Notes under the pieces: model-generated
What the model was told of the DNA's origin: nothing
Database searches by the model: none
Seen by the model: the letters and a program-made list of their open reading frames with translations, nothing else
Translations under genes and position numbers: made by a program
IMG/VR virus record: IMGVR_UViG_3300001346_000001
DNA length: 35,184 nucleotides
From: a virus
Strand: one strand, 5' to 3'
Shown: positions 1-7,767 of the stretch, piece after piece
Layout: the number at the start of each line of letters is the position of its first letter
How positions within the stretch are numbered: position 1 is the first letter of the stretch

Positions 1-399
1 ATGTTAGTTAATTTAGCTAATGTTGCTGAATATGAGGCCTCATTAATATCTGAGAGAACTAAAAACGCTTTAGCTGAGAGAAAAGCTCAAGGTGTTAAAC
101 TGGGTTCACCAAATCCTGGTATTGGTCAGAAAAAAGCGGTGCAAGCTCGCCAGCTGACAGCTCAGGATGATGCTGAAAAAATCTGTGAGGAAATTAAAAA
201 GATTAAATCGGCTGGTTTCACGACTTTAAAAGAGATAGCTAAGGAGCTGCAAGTAAGAGGCGTGCCAGTATTAAGACAAACTTCTTTTAATAAAGGTGAA
301 ATTAAAGAGGAGGATTGCCGCTGGTTTATTAAAGGAAAAGTAGATAAACGAACCACTATTAGAAACATTATGATACGAGGAGGTATTTATGACAAGTAG
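1..399 (+). CDS. Small serine recombinase (resolvase/invertase family), C-terminal 132 codons; the 5' part of the same gene is 34691..35083 across the circular junction
   Basis: Frame is continuous with the ORF starting at 34691 through the 101-nt terminal overlap. Carries the end of the catalytic domain/E-helix (ASLISERTKNALAERKAQGVKLG). A helical tail follows (TLKEIAKELQVRGVP...IRNIMIRG), like the DNA-binding tail of small resolvases. Stop TAG at 397-399. Confidence 0.85.
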   Translation: MLVNLANVAEYEASLISERTKNALAERKAQGVKLGSPNPGIGQKKAVQARQLTAQDDAEKICEEIKKIKSAGFTTLKEIAKELQVRGVPVLRQTSFNKGEIKEEDCRWFIKGKVDKRTTIRNIMIRGGIYDK

Positions 400-898
400 T
401 TCATTTAGAAATTCGCCAATAGATGAATCAAATAAATTATTTGCAAAAGAATTAGCCTGGTTTGAAATTGACCGGTTATCGTTAAATAAAAATTCTTTTC
501 ATAATAAATCGATTGCTAAACAATCCGAAGATTTTAAGAAAACTTTTAATTATTTTTATAATAATATCCCTCGGTATTTATATTTTTTGTCAATAAGTTA
601 TGCCTATTTTAATGACAAAAATTTAGGTTTAAATGAAGTGGTTAAGCTGACCGGTATAACTCGGCAGACCGCCTCACAAATAACTAAGGATTTGCAAGCT
701 ATGAATTTAGTCCGCCTAGATAATTCATTGTCAGATGCTCGCATAGTAACGATTTTGCCTACAATTCAGTTTCAAGAGACAATGCAAGTTTGGAGCGAAA
801 TGCGGTATTGTTATTATAGTAAGTTTTGTTTTCCGAAAGTATTTTTAAGCCGAAAGTTAAAAGAGGAATACGAAAAAATGTCAATTTTGTTAACATAA
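389..898 (+). CDS. MarR-like winged-helix DNA-binding protein (possible phage regulator)
   Basis: Start overlaps the recombinase stop by 11 nt. The segment LGLNEVVKLTGITRQTASQITKDLQAMNLVRLDNSLSDARIVTILPT fits the MarR pattern of HTH, wing and D-x-R. Confidence 0.5.
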   Translation: MTSSSFRNSPIDESNKLFAKELAWFEIDRLSLNKNSFHNKSIAKQSEDFKKTFNYFYNNIPRYLYFLSISYAYFNDKNLGLNEVVKLTGITRQTASQITKDLQAMNLVRLDNSLSDARIVTILPTIQFQETMQVWSEMRYCYYSKFCFPKVFLSRKLKEEYEKMSILLT

Positions 899-955
899 TT
901 ATGTCAAAAAGTTTTCGTATTTATAGATATTTAAGGGTGTATTATAGGAGAAATA

Positions 956-1246
956 ATGGATAAACAAAAACAAAACGAAGATTATTATAGTAATGTTATT
1001 TATGAAAAATCGTGTTCTCGAATAACAATTCCAATGATGCAAGCCAAACATTTAGCTAATGCGGTTAAATTATTTGGTGAGCTGTATGAGAATTTAAAAG
1101 AGATACAAAATTCAAAGCAACCGATTTATCGAAAATTAACAATGGCCAAACACGAATTTTATTCGGTGCATTGTGATTTAAAGGTAAGAGCCAACGAACC
1201 TAAATTAGGAGCTGGTCCGCACAATGATTTTAGAGGTTGTAAATGA
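956..1246 (+). CDS. Hypothetical protein (96 aa)
   Basis: ORF preceded by AGGAGAAATA-ATG Shine-Dalgarno. Same strand as the neighbouring operon. No recognisable motif. Confidence 0.5.
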   Translation: MDKQKQNEDYYSNVIYEKSCSRITIPMMQAKHLANAVKLFGELYENLKEIQNSKQPIYRKLTMAKHEFYSVHCDLKVRANEPKLGAGPHNDFRGCK

Positions 1247-1267
1247 CACTATATATAGGAATCATCG

Positions 1268-1603
1268 ATGAAATTAGCGTTTAATCAAATAACAACCCTT
1301 GCAAATGGAGATTATATGCAAAATAACAAACATAATATAGAGATTACCGCACTATATGACGATTCTAATAGAATTGTTAAGATATCGGAGTCATTAAATG
1401 TGCGCATAATATATATTAGGAAAATTAAGAGTGTCCTCAATATATTGTCTGGTGTTACTGACTATCTAAAGGCAGTAAGATTATCAAGTTTAGCTAGTTT
1501 AACTTTTAATATATTAGCATTTTTACTATGCTTTTTTCTAGTTATTTCTTTAGTGGTAGCTCTCGATGTAAACCATACATTTATAAGAGGTCCACAATGG
1601 TAG
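1268..1603 (+). CDS. Hypothetical protein with C-terminal hydrophobic segment
   Basis: ORF fills an otherwise 350-nt gap in a tightly packed operon. Hydrophobic stretch LASLTFNILAFLLCFFLVISLVVAL. Weak SD (AGGAA). Coding status uncertain. Confidence 0.35.
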   Translation: MKLAFNQITTLANGDYMQNNKHNIEITALYDDSNRIVKISESLNVRIIYIRKIKSVLNILSGVTDYLKAVRLSSLASLTFNILAFLLCFFLVISLVVALDVNHTFIRGPQW

Positions 1604-2559
1604 GAAAAAGAACAAGAGATGACCAAGCCAGCTGCTCAATACTCTCAATCTTAGCTGGACATTCTGCTTATGATTCACCTAACGATATTTTAAGGTCAGC
1701 TGTAGATTCTATTGCCAAACCTAATGGAGAACATAGAAAGCCAGAAATATTAGGTAGTCCTATGCATTGGGGAAATATACACGAACCAAAAATCATAGAA
1801 TTAGGATTAAAAAAATTATTAATTACTGATTACGATGATAATTGTGAACCGGTGCATCATTCAACATTACCACTATCTGGTTCACCTGATGCTTTATGTA
1901 AAGTGAAAAAATTACGAGTACCACATATGCCCGAGGAGGGTGTATTTGTTATGGGTGATGATGATGAGATTGTATTGGATGGTCTTGTTGTTGTTGAGGC
2001 AAAAGCTATTGGCAAACCACCTCAAACTATCCCAGATTTAAATAAAGGTCCTTATCAAGTTGAGGGATTGATGATGTGTACCGGTGCAAAATATGCTGTA
2101 ATTGCTCATTTGTATCAAGGTATTCATCTCCGGGTATTTGTAACAAAAAGTAATCCCGAGATTAGAAAACATATTGAGGAATTAATACCTGAGTTTCAAA
2201 AAAAAATTAATGACTATAAAGTTAATGAGGTTGTTGATTGGTATCCGGTTGCTAATCCATTAGATGGTGTTTCAACCTATAAAGTTGACCAGGGATTACC
2301 TCCGGTTGTTTTAGGTGGAGAGGATATGGCAATCGTTGATAAACTATTAGAGGCTCAACAATTAATTAAATCCGGTCAGAAAATTAAGGATGAGTGTACT
2401 TCATATTTAATGTCTATTATGGCTAATCACGATACAGCTGTTGGAAATAATGTTGAGATTCATTGGCCTCAAAATTCTGCCAGGAAATCTTATACTGTTG
2501 CAGCTCGACCACCTACAAGAGGTAAATCTTTAAGGGTTAAGGTTTTCGATGATGTTTAA
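1597..2559 (+). CDS. YqaJ/lambda-exonuclease-like PD-(D/E)XK recombination exonuclease with C-terminal extension
   Basis: Motif order MHWGNIHEP ... LSGSPDALC ... VVVEAKA ... YQVEGLMMCTGAKYAVIA matches the YqaJ viral recombinase domain (D...ExK core). Start chosen at ATG 1597 (AAGAGG 8 nt upstream) rather than the track start 1528, which would overlap the previous ORF. Confidence 0.7.
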   Translation: MVGKRTRDDQASCSILSILAGHSAYDSPNDILRSAVDSIAKPNGEHRKPEILGSPMHWGNIHEPKIIELGLKKLLITDYDDNCEPVHHSTLPLSGSPDALCKVKKLRVPHMPEEGVFVMGDDDEIVLDGLVVVEAKAIGKPPQTIPDLNKGPYQVEGLMMCTGAKYAVIAHLYQGIHLRVFVTKSNPEIRKHIEELIPEFQKKINDYKVNEVVDWYPVANPLDGVSTYKVDQGLPPVVLGGEDMAIVDKLLEAQQLIKSGQKIKDECTSYLMSIMANHDTAVGNNVEIHWPQNSARKSYTVAARPPTRGKSLRVKVFDDV

Positions 2560-2788
2560 TGGCAATTATTTTACACCAAAGGAAAAGGAGTTGTTTGTGT
2601 TTATTAAAAATTTTATAGAAACTAATCATTATGCTCCATCCTATAAAGAGATGAAAAAATTTAAAAAGACTAAATCTGATAGCGGTATTAATCATTTATT
2701 AGATAAGCTCGAAAGTAAAAATTATATCTTACGAGATAAATGGAGCAATCGTTCTGTCAGAATTAATTATGAATCTTTACAATATTAA
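2549..2788 (+). CDS. LexA N-terminal-like winged-helix DNA-binding protein lacking the peptidase domain (79 aa)
   Basis: FTPKEKELFVFIKNFIETNHYAPSYKEMKKF...SGINHLLDKLESKNYILRD follows the LexA_DNA_bind pattern (L-T-x-x-Q-x-E-x-L-x-F-I ... P-S-x-R-E ... H-L-x-x-L-E-x-K-G-x-I). The ORF ends after the wing, so there is no S24 domain. Confidence 0.55.
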   Translation: MMFNGNYFTPKEKELFVFIKNFIETNHYAPSYKEMKKFKKTKSDSGINHLLDKLESKNYILRDKWSNRSVRINYESLQY

Positions 2789-2799
2789 CTGAAAAAACG

Positions 2800-2847
2800 A
2801 CCCTCTAGTAGCCTCGAGAATTGATTTTATAAGGCTCCCTGGAGGGT
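2800..2847. terminator. Interrupted GC-rich hairpin between convergent gene ends (candidate bidirectional terminator)
   Basis: ACCCTC(2800-2805)/GAGGGT(2842-2847) and AGCCT(2810-2814)/AGGCT(2832-2836) pair as a two-part stem. It lies in the 65-nt gap between the plus-arm last gene (stop 2788) and the minus-arm last gene (stop 2854). It is GC-rich in an AT-rich genome. Confidence 0.4.
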
Positions 2848-2853
2848 TACTAC

Positions 2854-3249
2854 CTAGCTAATTTCCTTTAAACTTTCCTTTAATGACTCTTGTTCGAGTT
2901 CATTATTTTCTAAATGGATACTATAAATACTATGTGATATTGATGTAATCCTAAATGTTGGTTTGAAAAAAATTCTCGGAGGTTTCCTCATACAAACAAA
3001 AGCAACAATATCTGATGACATATCTTTAGTTAAATTTCTTTTATTTCCAGTAGGTCCTTGCTTAGTTGCAAACCTAAATCCATTTCTATCTTTTATTTTT
3101 GATTTAGAGCTTTTAACTTCGACACGATAAGGTTTGTTTTCTATGATTGTAATTAAATCAAACCCCCAATGATTAACAACCGATGTGTTATAACCTAAAT
3201 CTATTAAAAAATAAGCTACATAATATTCTGCTGTTTTACCTCGAACCAT
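2854..3249 (-). CDS. Stand-alone PD-(D/E)XK endonuclease-like protein (PDDEXK_5 / group-I-intron-endonuclease-like)
   Basis: GKTAEYYVAYFLIDLGYNTSVV...GFDLITIIENKPYRVEVKSSKS...SDIVAFVC matches the pattern G-x-x-A-E ... G-x-x-V ... D-L-I ... R-V-Q-V-K of that family. It has its own SD (AAAGGAAATCCATT-ATG) after a 96-nt gap. Confidence 0.6.
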   Translation of the reverse strand: MVRGKTAEYYVAYFLIDLGYNTSVVNHWGFDLITIIENKPYRVEVKSSKSKIKDRNGFRFATKQGPTGNKRNLTKDMSSDIVAFVCMRKPPRIFFKPTFRITSISHSIYSIHLENNELEQESLKESLKEIS

Positions 3250-3345
3250 AATGGATTTCCTTTTTTATTCCAAATGACTACTGGACATTTATATTCTCGT
3301 TTATTTGGTATTGGGAATTTTGATTTATGTTCGTGCCGCATCTCA

Positions 3346-3783
3346 TCATACATAATGAGCAAATGCAAAAAGCAAACCCACCCCTCCAACGCCTATACCG
3401 ATAAAAACTATGATTCCATTAATCATATCCTCTCTTTGTTTTTTCTCGTATGCGAGTTGTATTTTTCTTTTTTTTCTTATTTGACCTTGAATCCTTAATA
3501 ATTCATCCCAGGCTTTCATACCAAATGTGGCAATCATATAATTTTTTAATTCTATTTCCATTGCTTGTGCTTTTTTCTTAGCTCCAAATTCATCAAGAGC
3601 TTGCTGTTCTACATTTGCAATTTTTTTAACTTTTTTATTTTGTGGATTTTTTATATTTTCTATGGCGGACATCCACCTACCCACATCTGACATCATCGAT
3701 TCCGCATTTCTCCCTACATCGAATCCTTTTTTGATTGTGTTAAATGCTGTTGTTGCGACACCCAATGCTGTAATTGGGTCCAT
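3346..3783 (-). CDS. Tail-anchored membrane protein (lysis-cassette candidate)
   Basis: 145 aa with a coiled/charged body and a single C-terminal TM (IIVFIGIGVGGVGLLFAFAHYV). TAATG coupling to the upstream holin-like gene. Confidence 0.45.
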   Translation of the reverse strand: MDPITALGVATTAFNTIKKGFDVGRNAESMMSDVGRWMSAIENIKNPQNKKVKKIANVEQQALDEFGAKKKAQAMEIELKNYMIATFGMKAWDELLRIQGQIRKKRKIQLAYEKKQREDMINGIIVFIGIGVGGVGLLFAFAHYV

Positions 3784-4160
3784 TATTTTTTCCCTATAAA
3801 GCTGCTTACTCCTTTAATACCAAAGCTCGCACTTATACTAATTAAAATTCCCCATTGTAGAAATTCCGGTAAATCTTCTCTAAGGAATCTAAACCCCTCT
3901 TTTAATACTGGTTGCATAGGCTCTATAAAACAAAGTGTCATTATTATAATCATCCAAATTGTCCATAACTCATCTTTATAAGAATCCCCAGCATTGGATT
4001 GAGCAATTTTTTCCCAGTCACCATCAGTTTCTATCTTTTTACGAGTAGCCTCGAGCTTTGATAATTCTACCTGAGATTTTAATTTTGCCTTTTCTTGTTT
4101 TCCTTTTATCCAGGCTGTTGCTAAATTAGTAATTCCTGAAACGATTGGTCCAAATAACAT
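3783..4160 (-). CDS. Holin-like membrane protein (resembles the 3-TM GTA-type holin family)
   Basis: 125 aa with a charged coiled segment, then hydrophobic segments (LWTIWMIIIMTLCFI, WGILISISASFGI). Layout resembles PF11351-type holins. Sits at the distal end of the late operon. Confidence 0.45.
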   Translation of the reverse strand: MLFGPIVSGITNLATAWIKGKQEKAKLKSQVELSKLEATRKKIETDGDWEKIAQSNAGDSYKDELWTIWMIIIMTLCFIEPMQPVLKEGFRFLREDLPEFLQWGILISISASFGIKGVSSFIGKK

Positions 4161-4334
4161 TTAATGAATACTCCCTGATATTGTTTTAAGTTGATTATTA
4201 AATAAATTGTCTAATTGGTCAGCCACATATTCAGCATCCTCTTTATAATCTAACCCGGTTATTTTAATTGTTACTGATGGTTTATTATTTTCCTCATCAA
4301 CATAAATCATATATGTTAAAACTGTATCATCCAT
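4161..4334 (-). CDS. Small hypothetical protein (57 aa, not in supplied track)
   Basis: Hand translation gives MDDTVLTYMIYVDEENNKPSVTIKITGLDYKEDAEYVADQLDNLFNNQLKTISGSIH. The start shares TAATG with the upstream stop at 4334. Its stop at 4161 abuts the next start at 4160, so it fills the gap exactly. Confidence 0.45.
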   Translation of the reverse strand: MDDTVLTYMIYVDEENNKPSVTIKITGLDYKEDAEYVADQLDNLFNNQLKTISGSIH

Positions 4335-4546
4335 TACATCAACTTAAACATTACAGTTATCATTGTACCTAAAATCGAAACAGTTGAAGTCCAAATAACA
4401 ACCTCTAACCGCTTGATTTTTTCCTCTAGTTTATCTAAAGATTGTTTGGTCATATCTCTATACACAGCACATTCTCTTTCGTGTGCGGTTAATTCCATAG
4501 CTACATCTTGTAATGTTCTAGTGTCCATTTGTAATTTTATTTTCAT
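4334..4546 (-). CDS. Small coiled-coil protein with C-terminal TM (holin/antiholin/spanin-like candidate)
   Basis: 70 aa with C-terminal VVIWTSTVSILGTMITVMFKLM. Position is within the small-membrane-protein cluster. Confidence 0.45.
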   Translation of the reverse strand: MKIKLQMDTRTLQDVAMELTAHERECAVYRDMTKQSLDKLEEKIKRLEVVIWTSTVSILGTMITVMFKLM

Positions 4547-4652
4547 ATTTGTATCCCCAACGATTATCTGAGTTATCCCACACTCGTTTACATTCCTCAG
4601 GAATACTAATTAATATATTAGAAAGCCTAATTATTTTTTTTGTTAACTGCAT
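4518..4652 (-). CDS. Possible small ORF (44 aa, not in supplied track)
   Basis: MQLTKKIIRLSNILISIPEECKRVWDNSDNRWGYKYENKITNGH. TAATG coupling to the upstream stop at 4652. Overlaps the next gene start by 29 nt, so this is weak. Confidence 0.25.
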   Translation of the reverse strand: MQLTKKIIRLSNILISIPEECKRVWDNSDNRWGYKYENKITNGH

Positions 4653-4948
4653 TACTCACTCGGCTTATCTGGCATTTTTACAGCTTTAGCTTTGGAAAGC
4701 GAATCAACATTTTTAGTTATATCTCTTAGCTCTTGTCTATAAGTTTTCCAATCATCAGCCATAGTTACATCTGAATTAGCCATCCAATCACATTCACCTA
4801 AAAGTCTAGTTCTTTCTTCACGAATACTAATCATAATACGACCATATTCACCATCGCTCCAGGCTTTATCTCTAGCCTCCAGCTCTTTAATCTCATCAGC
4901 AGTTAATTCTACCTGAGAGCCATTAACCATTTTATATTTATAAGACAT
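4652..4948 (-). CDS. Tail-fibre assembly/chaperone-like protein
   Basis: 98 aa. The C-terminal half (ERTRLLGECDWMANSDVTMADDWKTYRQELRDIT) matches the characteristic motif of phage tail fibre assembly proteins. It lies directly downstream of a fibre-like gene. Confidence 0.5.
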   Translation of the reverse strand: MSYKYKMVNGSQVELTADEIKELEARDKAWSDGEYGRIMISIREERTRLLGECDWMANSDVTMADDWKTYRQELRDITKNVDSLSKAKAVKMPDKPSE

Positions 4949-4963
4949 ATTTACTTCCTACCT

Positions 4964-5548
4964 TTAAGTATTTTTCAAAGCCATAACTGTTAATATAGGT
5001 TGTACATAAGAAAGTCCTGGACCACTACCAGATGCGCCTGTACCATCCCATTCAACCAGAGCGTGTGCTGATGCCTCATAAGTACCACTATATTCTCTAG
5101 CTTGTATTTTCATTGTTTTATTAGAAGTCCAAGAGGCAAGTCTTGGTAAAGTTGTATCAGCACTACCACCAATTTCAATCATATATCCAAACTCTAAAAA
5201 GGTTCTTAAATGTTGTCCAAAAACATTTCTTCTAAGTGTAGTTACTTCGTCAGAGTCTATAAAAAATTTAAAGTGTGCTAAAGGGTAATCATCTGTTCTG
5301 GAAAAATACAAACTTAAATTGTAAAAAACTCTAGTTGCATTACTTGGCGGAGTGTATGCAAAAGATGAACCTGTTACATCAGCGTAAGAGGTAGTAAACT
5401 CTTGAATTGCTGTAACATTAGGCATAGTGTATGTACCACTAGGAACTGTTACAGAACGACCATCGCAAGGTCCTTTTATTATTTCTATAATATTACTACC
5501 TAAAGATAAATCACTTACTGTATTTGCTGTTGCTCTAAGTATTGCCAT
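4964..5548 (-). CDS. Tail-fibre/receptor-binding candidate (194 aa)
   Basis: S/T/G-rich, beta-rich composition. Position is inside the fibre locus between two chaperone-like small genes. No specific motif. Confidence 0.4.
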   Translation of the reverse strand: MAILRATANTVSDLSLGSNIIEIIKGPCDGRSVTVPSGTYTMPNVTAIQEFTTSYADVTGSSFAYTPPSNATRVFYNLSLYFSRTDDYPLAHFKFFIDSDEVTTLRRNVFGQHLRTFLEFGYMIEIGGSADTTLPRLASWTSNKTMKIQAREYSGTYEASAHALVEWDGTGASGSGPGLSYVQPILTVMALKNT

Positions 5549-5551
5549 AAT

Positions 5552-5848
5552 TTATTCCTTTGGGTGTTTATCCTTTATTGTTTTAATAGTTTCTTTCCAC
5601 TTATCAATTCCATTATGATATATGTCATCTAATTGGTCCTTAATACTTGGGTATTCTTTTTCTCTTTTCATTTTGTAAGCATTAGCCTCATCTACTTTGT
5701 CTAGTTCAGCTTTTTTTGTTTTAATTTGGTCAACAGTAATGTTGTTTGGATTTTTATCGTGCCAAGTTATGTTATCATAATCTTCACTAATTACTGATAC
5801 TCTTGCATTAGTATCTAAAGCCAATATTGCATCTACTATTAAAGCCAT
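5552..5848 (-). CDS. XkdW-like / tail assembly chaperone-like small protein
   Basis: 98 aa with ...ITWHDKNPNNITVDQIKTKKAEL... and ...YPSIKDQLDDIYHNGIDKWKETIKTIKDKHPK, a pattern I associate with XkdW-like fibre-associated proteins. Coupled (ATGA-type) to the upstream fibre gene. Confidence 0.4.
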   Translation of the reverse strand: MALIVDAILALDTNARVSVISEDYDNITWHDKNPNNITVDQIKTKKAELDKVDEANAYKMKREKEYPSIKDQLDDIYHNGIDKWKETIKTIKDKHPKE

Positions 5849-6723
5849 TATGCACCTATTTCCATTAAAGTAAGATTAGAACTTCCAATCCCAGTTTCTT
5901 TATTATTATAGTTATAACCACCACCATTTATTACTAGAGTCGTGTTAGATAAACTTGAAGAAAAATGATTTATCCAACATTTAATATTATAAGTTGTTGC
6001 TGATGTTGTGTTAGGCGAATCAACAAAATGAATTTGTAATTTATCATCTGCTTGTGAATAATTATTATAAGAACTAGATGAGTGAAATTCACCCACCCCA
6101 GTATTCCAGCTTGACTTATCACCCTCGCCAATAACTGTTGACCCTCTATAAATACTTAATCCATAATATTGAGCGGATGAAGTATTTGTAGAAACTTGCA
6201 CTCCTCCCATTAATAATATTTTACTACTTGTTGCACTTGGTGTAATAGCTTGACTTAATATTTGAGCTTGAGCATCTACATTTGTGTTTGAATGTGTTGC
6301 ATATTGGTCATTGTGTAAAGAAACGACTTGCAATATTTTACCACCACCTGGAACAGCAAAAGAATTATCACCTCTTAAAAATGTTGTACTATCTTTTGTT
6401 CCGGTTGCTGATAATTGCGACATACCCACAGTACCAGAGCTTGGTGTTCCGATGTTTAAAACATCACCTAAAACAATAATACTATTTATAACATCGCCAG
6501 TAACAAGAGCTGAAGTGAATGTAATTGTTGAGCCGGAAACAGTATAATTTGAGGTTGGAGATTGTAAAATTCCATTTACAGTTACTAGTATATGGTTTGC
6601 ACTAGCTGGAGAAAAATTAACCGACCCACTTTGCATAGTATAAGCTGCCTGACCATTAACTGTAGATATAGCATCTAGCTTTTTAAATGAACCTGACTCT
6701 GGAAGTTTTCCTATAAATGGCAT
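5848..6723 (-). CDS. Tail fibre-like protein (291 aa)
   Basis: N-terminus MPFIGKLP... and NYTVSGSTITFTS parallel the N-terminal domain of the collagen-like fibre (DYTVS...IIFTS). The C-terminal region is S/T/N/G-rich. Confidence 0.55.
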   Translation of the reverse strand: MPFIGKLPESGSFKKLDAISTVNGQAAYTMQSGSVNFSPASANHILVTVNGILQSPTSNYTVSGSTITFTSALVTGDVINSIIVLGDVLNIGTPSSGTVGMSQLSATGTKDSTTFLRGDNSFAVPGGGKILQVVSLHNDQYATHSNTNVDAQAQILSQAITPSATSSKILLMGGVQVSTNTSSAQYYGLSIYRGSTVIGEGDKSSWNTGVGEFHSSSSYNNYSQADDKLQIHFVDSPNTTSATTYNIKCWINHFSSSLSNTTLVINGGGYNYNNKETGIGSSNLTLMEIGA

Positions 6724-7422
6724 TTAAGCTACTCTCACTCCATAAACTGTTACTCTCCCAGAAAATGTTCCTGAGGACATATATAATTTAAATGAATTAA
6801 AAGCGGCTGCATCTCTGTGTTGATGTACTAATGGGAACCAATAGTGACTACCACCAGAATAATATTTTATTACATCTGTATATGCTGTCGTATATACCGC
6901 TGAATCCATTGGGTTAATTAATCTGATTGTTACATCTTGTTTTGATGTTGCAGTTGGAGTATGTAATAAAGCATTACCAGTATTCCATTGTGAACCATTT
7001 GACACATAATTAGCACCAGCTGCACTAGTAGTATCACTTGAACCAAATCCACCATATCCACTATAATAATTTGCAGTATCGTAAGTTGAATTATTATCCG
7101 GAGCAAGTTGCATATATAGATTAGTTGTTGCTGATGGAATAATTTTAGTAATCTTTATAAGGTATTGTTCGTAAGTTGAAGTTATGATTGAACTACCTAC
7201 CTCAACCGAACTAGCTGAACTTGCAGTAGCGGTGTGCAATTTTACTAATTCAGCCTCATCACCAGCTCCACTTACTGTACCAGTAAAAGCATAATTAGCA
7301 CCTAAATCTAATTTAGTATTTCCTACCGCATCATCAGCTATTTTTGCTGTTGTGATTTGACCATCAGATATATCGGCTGATGTGAGTGGAACTTGTGCTG
7401 GTTGTTGTCCTATATATCCCAA
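6724..7422 (-). CDS. Tail fibre-like protein (232 aa)
   Basis: N-terminus MGYIGQQPAQVPLTSADISDGQITTAKIADDAVGNTKLD is a recurrent phage fibre N-terminal motif. Its stop abuts the next start (6724/6723). Confidence 0.55.
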   Translation of the reverse strand: MGYIGQQPAQVPLTSADISDGQITTAKIADDAVGNTKLDLGANYAFTGTVSGAGDEAELVKLHTATASSASSVEVGSSIITSTYEQYLIKITKIIPSATTNLYMQLAPDNNSTYDTANYYSGYGGFGSSDTTSAAGANYVSNGSQWNTGNALLHTPTATSKQDVTIRLINPMDSAVYTTAYTDVIKYYSGGSHYWFPLVHQHRDAAAFNSFKLYMSSGTFSGRVTVYGVRVA

Positions 7423-7431
7423 TGTTTCCCC

Positions 7432-7758
7432 CTATGAGCTAATCGCATCAACAACACTAACCCAAACATCTAATGAGCTTGCTGTATTTGAAGTTACTTT
7501 TAAAGCATCGCCTGATTGAACAACATATTTAGCTCCACCATCTAATACTTGTAAAGCGGAACCCGCTGGAATAGAAACATCCTTAACTAAACTAATATCA
7601 TTAGAGCCATCATTAATATAGCAATGAACTGTTATGGCACTTGAGTGGACATTTGCCAAACTTATACCTACTACAGTATCATAACTATTTGCTGTAAATA
7701 CAGTTGTTGCTCCAGTACCTACTGCATTGCTTGTGTATCTTCTAAAATCTTGTGCCAT
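7432..7758 (-). CDS. Small structural protein of the fibre locus (108 aa)
   Basis: Beta-rich and S/T/V-rich. Position is between fibre genes. No specific motif. Confidence 0.4.
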   Translation of the reverse strand: MAQDFRRYTSNAVGTGATTVFTANSYDTVVGISLANVHSSAITVHCYINDGSNDISLVKDVSIPAGSALQVLDGGAKYVVQSGDALKVTSNTASSLDVWVSVVDAISS

Positions 7759-7767
7759 ATTTCTCCT

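Noticed and set aside
1528-1596. Upstream extension of the exonuclease ORF (track start 1528)
   Set aside because: The extension is hydrophobic read-through of the preceding ORF region. ATG 1597 has a proper AAGAGG SD, and the YqaJ similarity starts after it.
3216-3341. 41-aa minus-strand ORF (MRHEHKSKFPIPNKREYKCPVVIWNKKGNPLWFE...) in the gap before the PD-(D/E)XK gene
   Set aside because: It overlaps the nuclease start by 34 nt in another frame and has no SD. The region more plausibly holds the nuclease promoter and RBS. It is kept only as a remote possibility.
3274-3498. 74-aa plus-strand ORF spanning the 3250-3345 gap
   Set aside because: Most of it is antisense to the tail-anchored membrane protein gene. 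It has no SD and low-complexity hydrophobic content.
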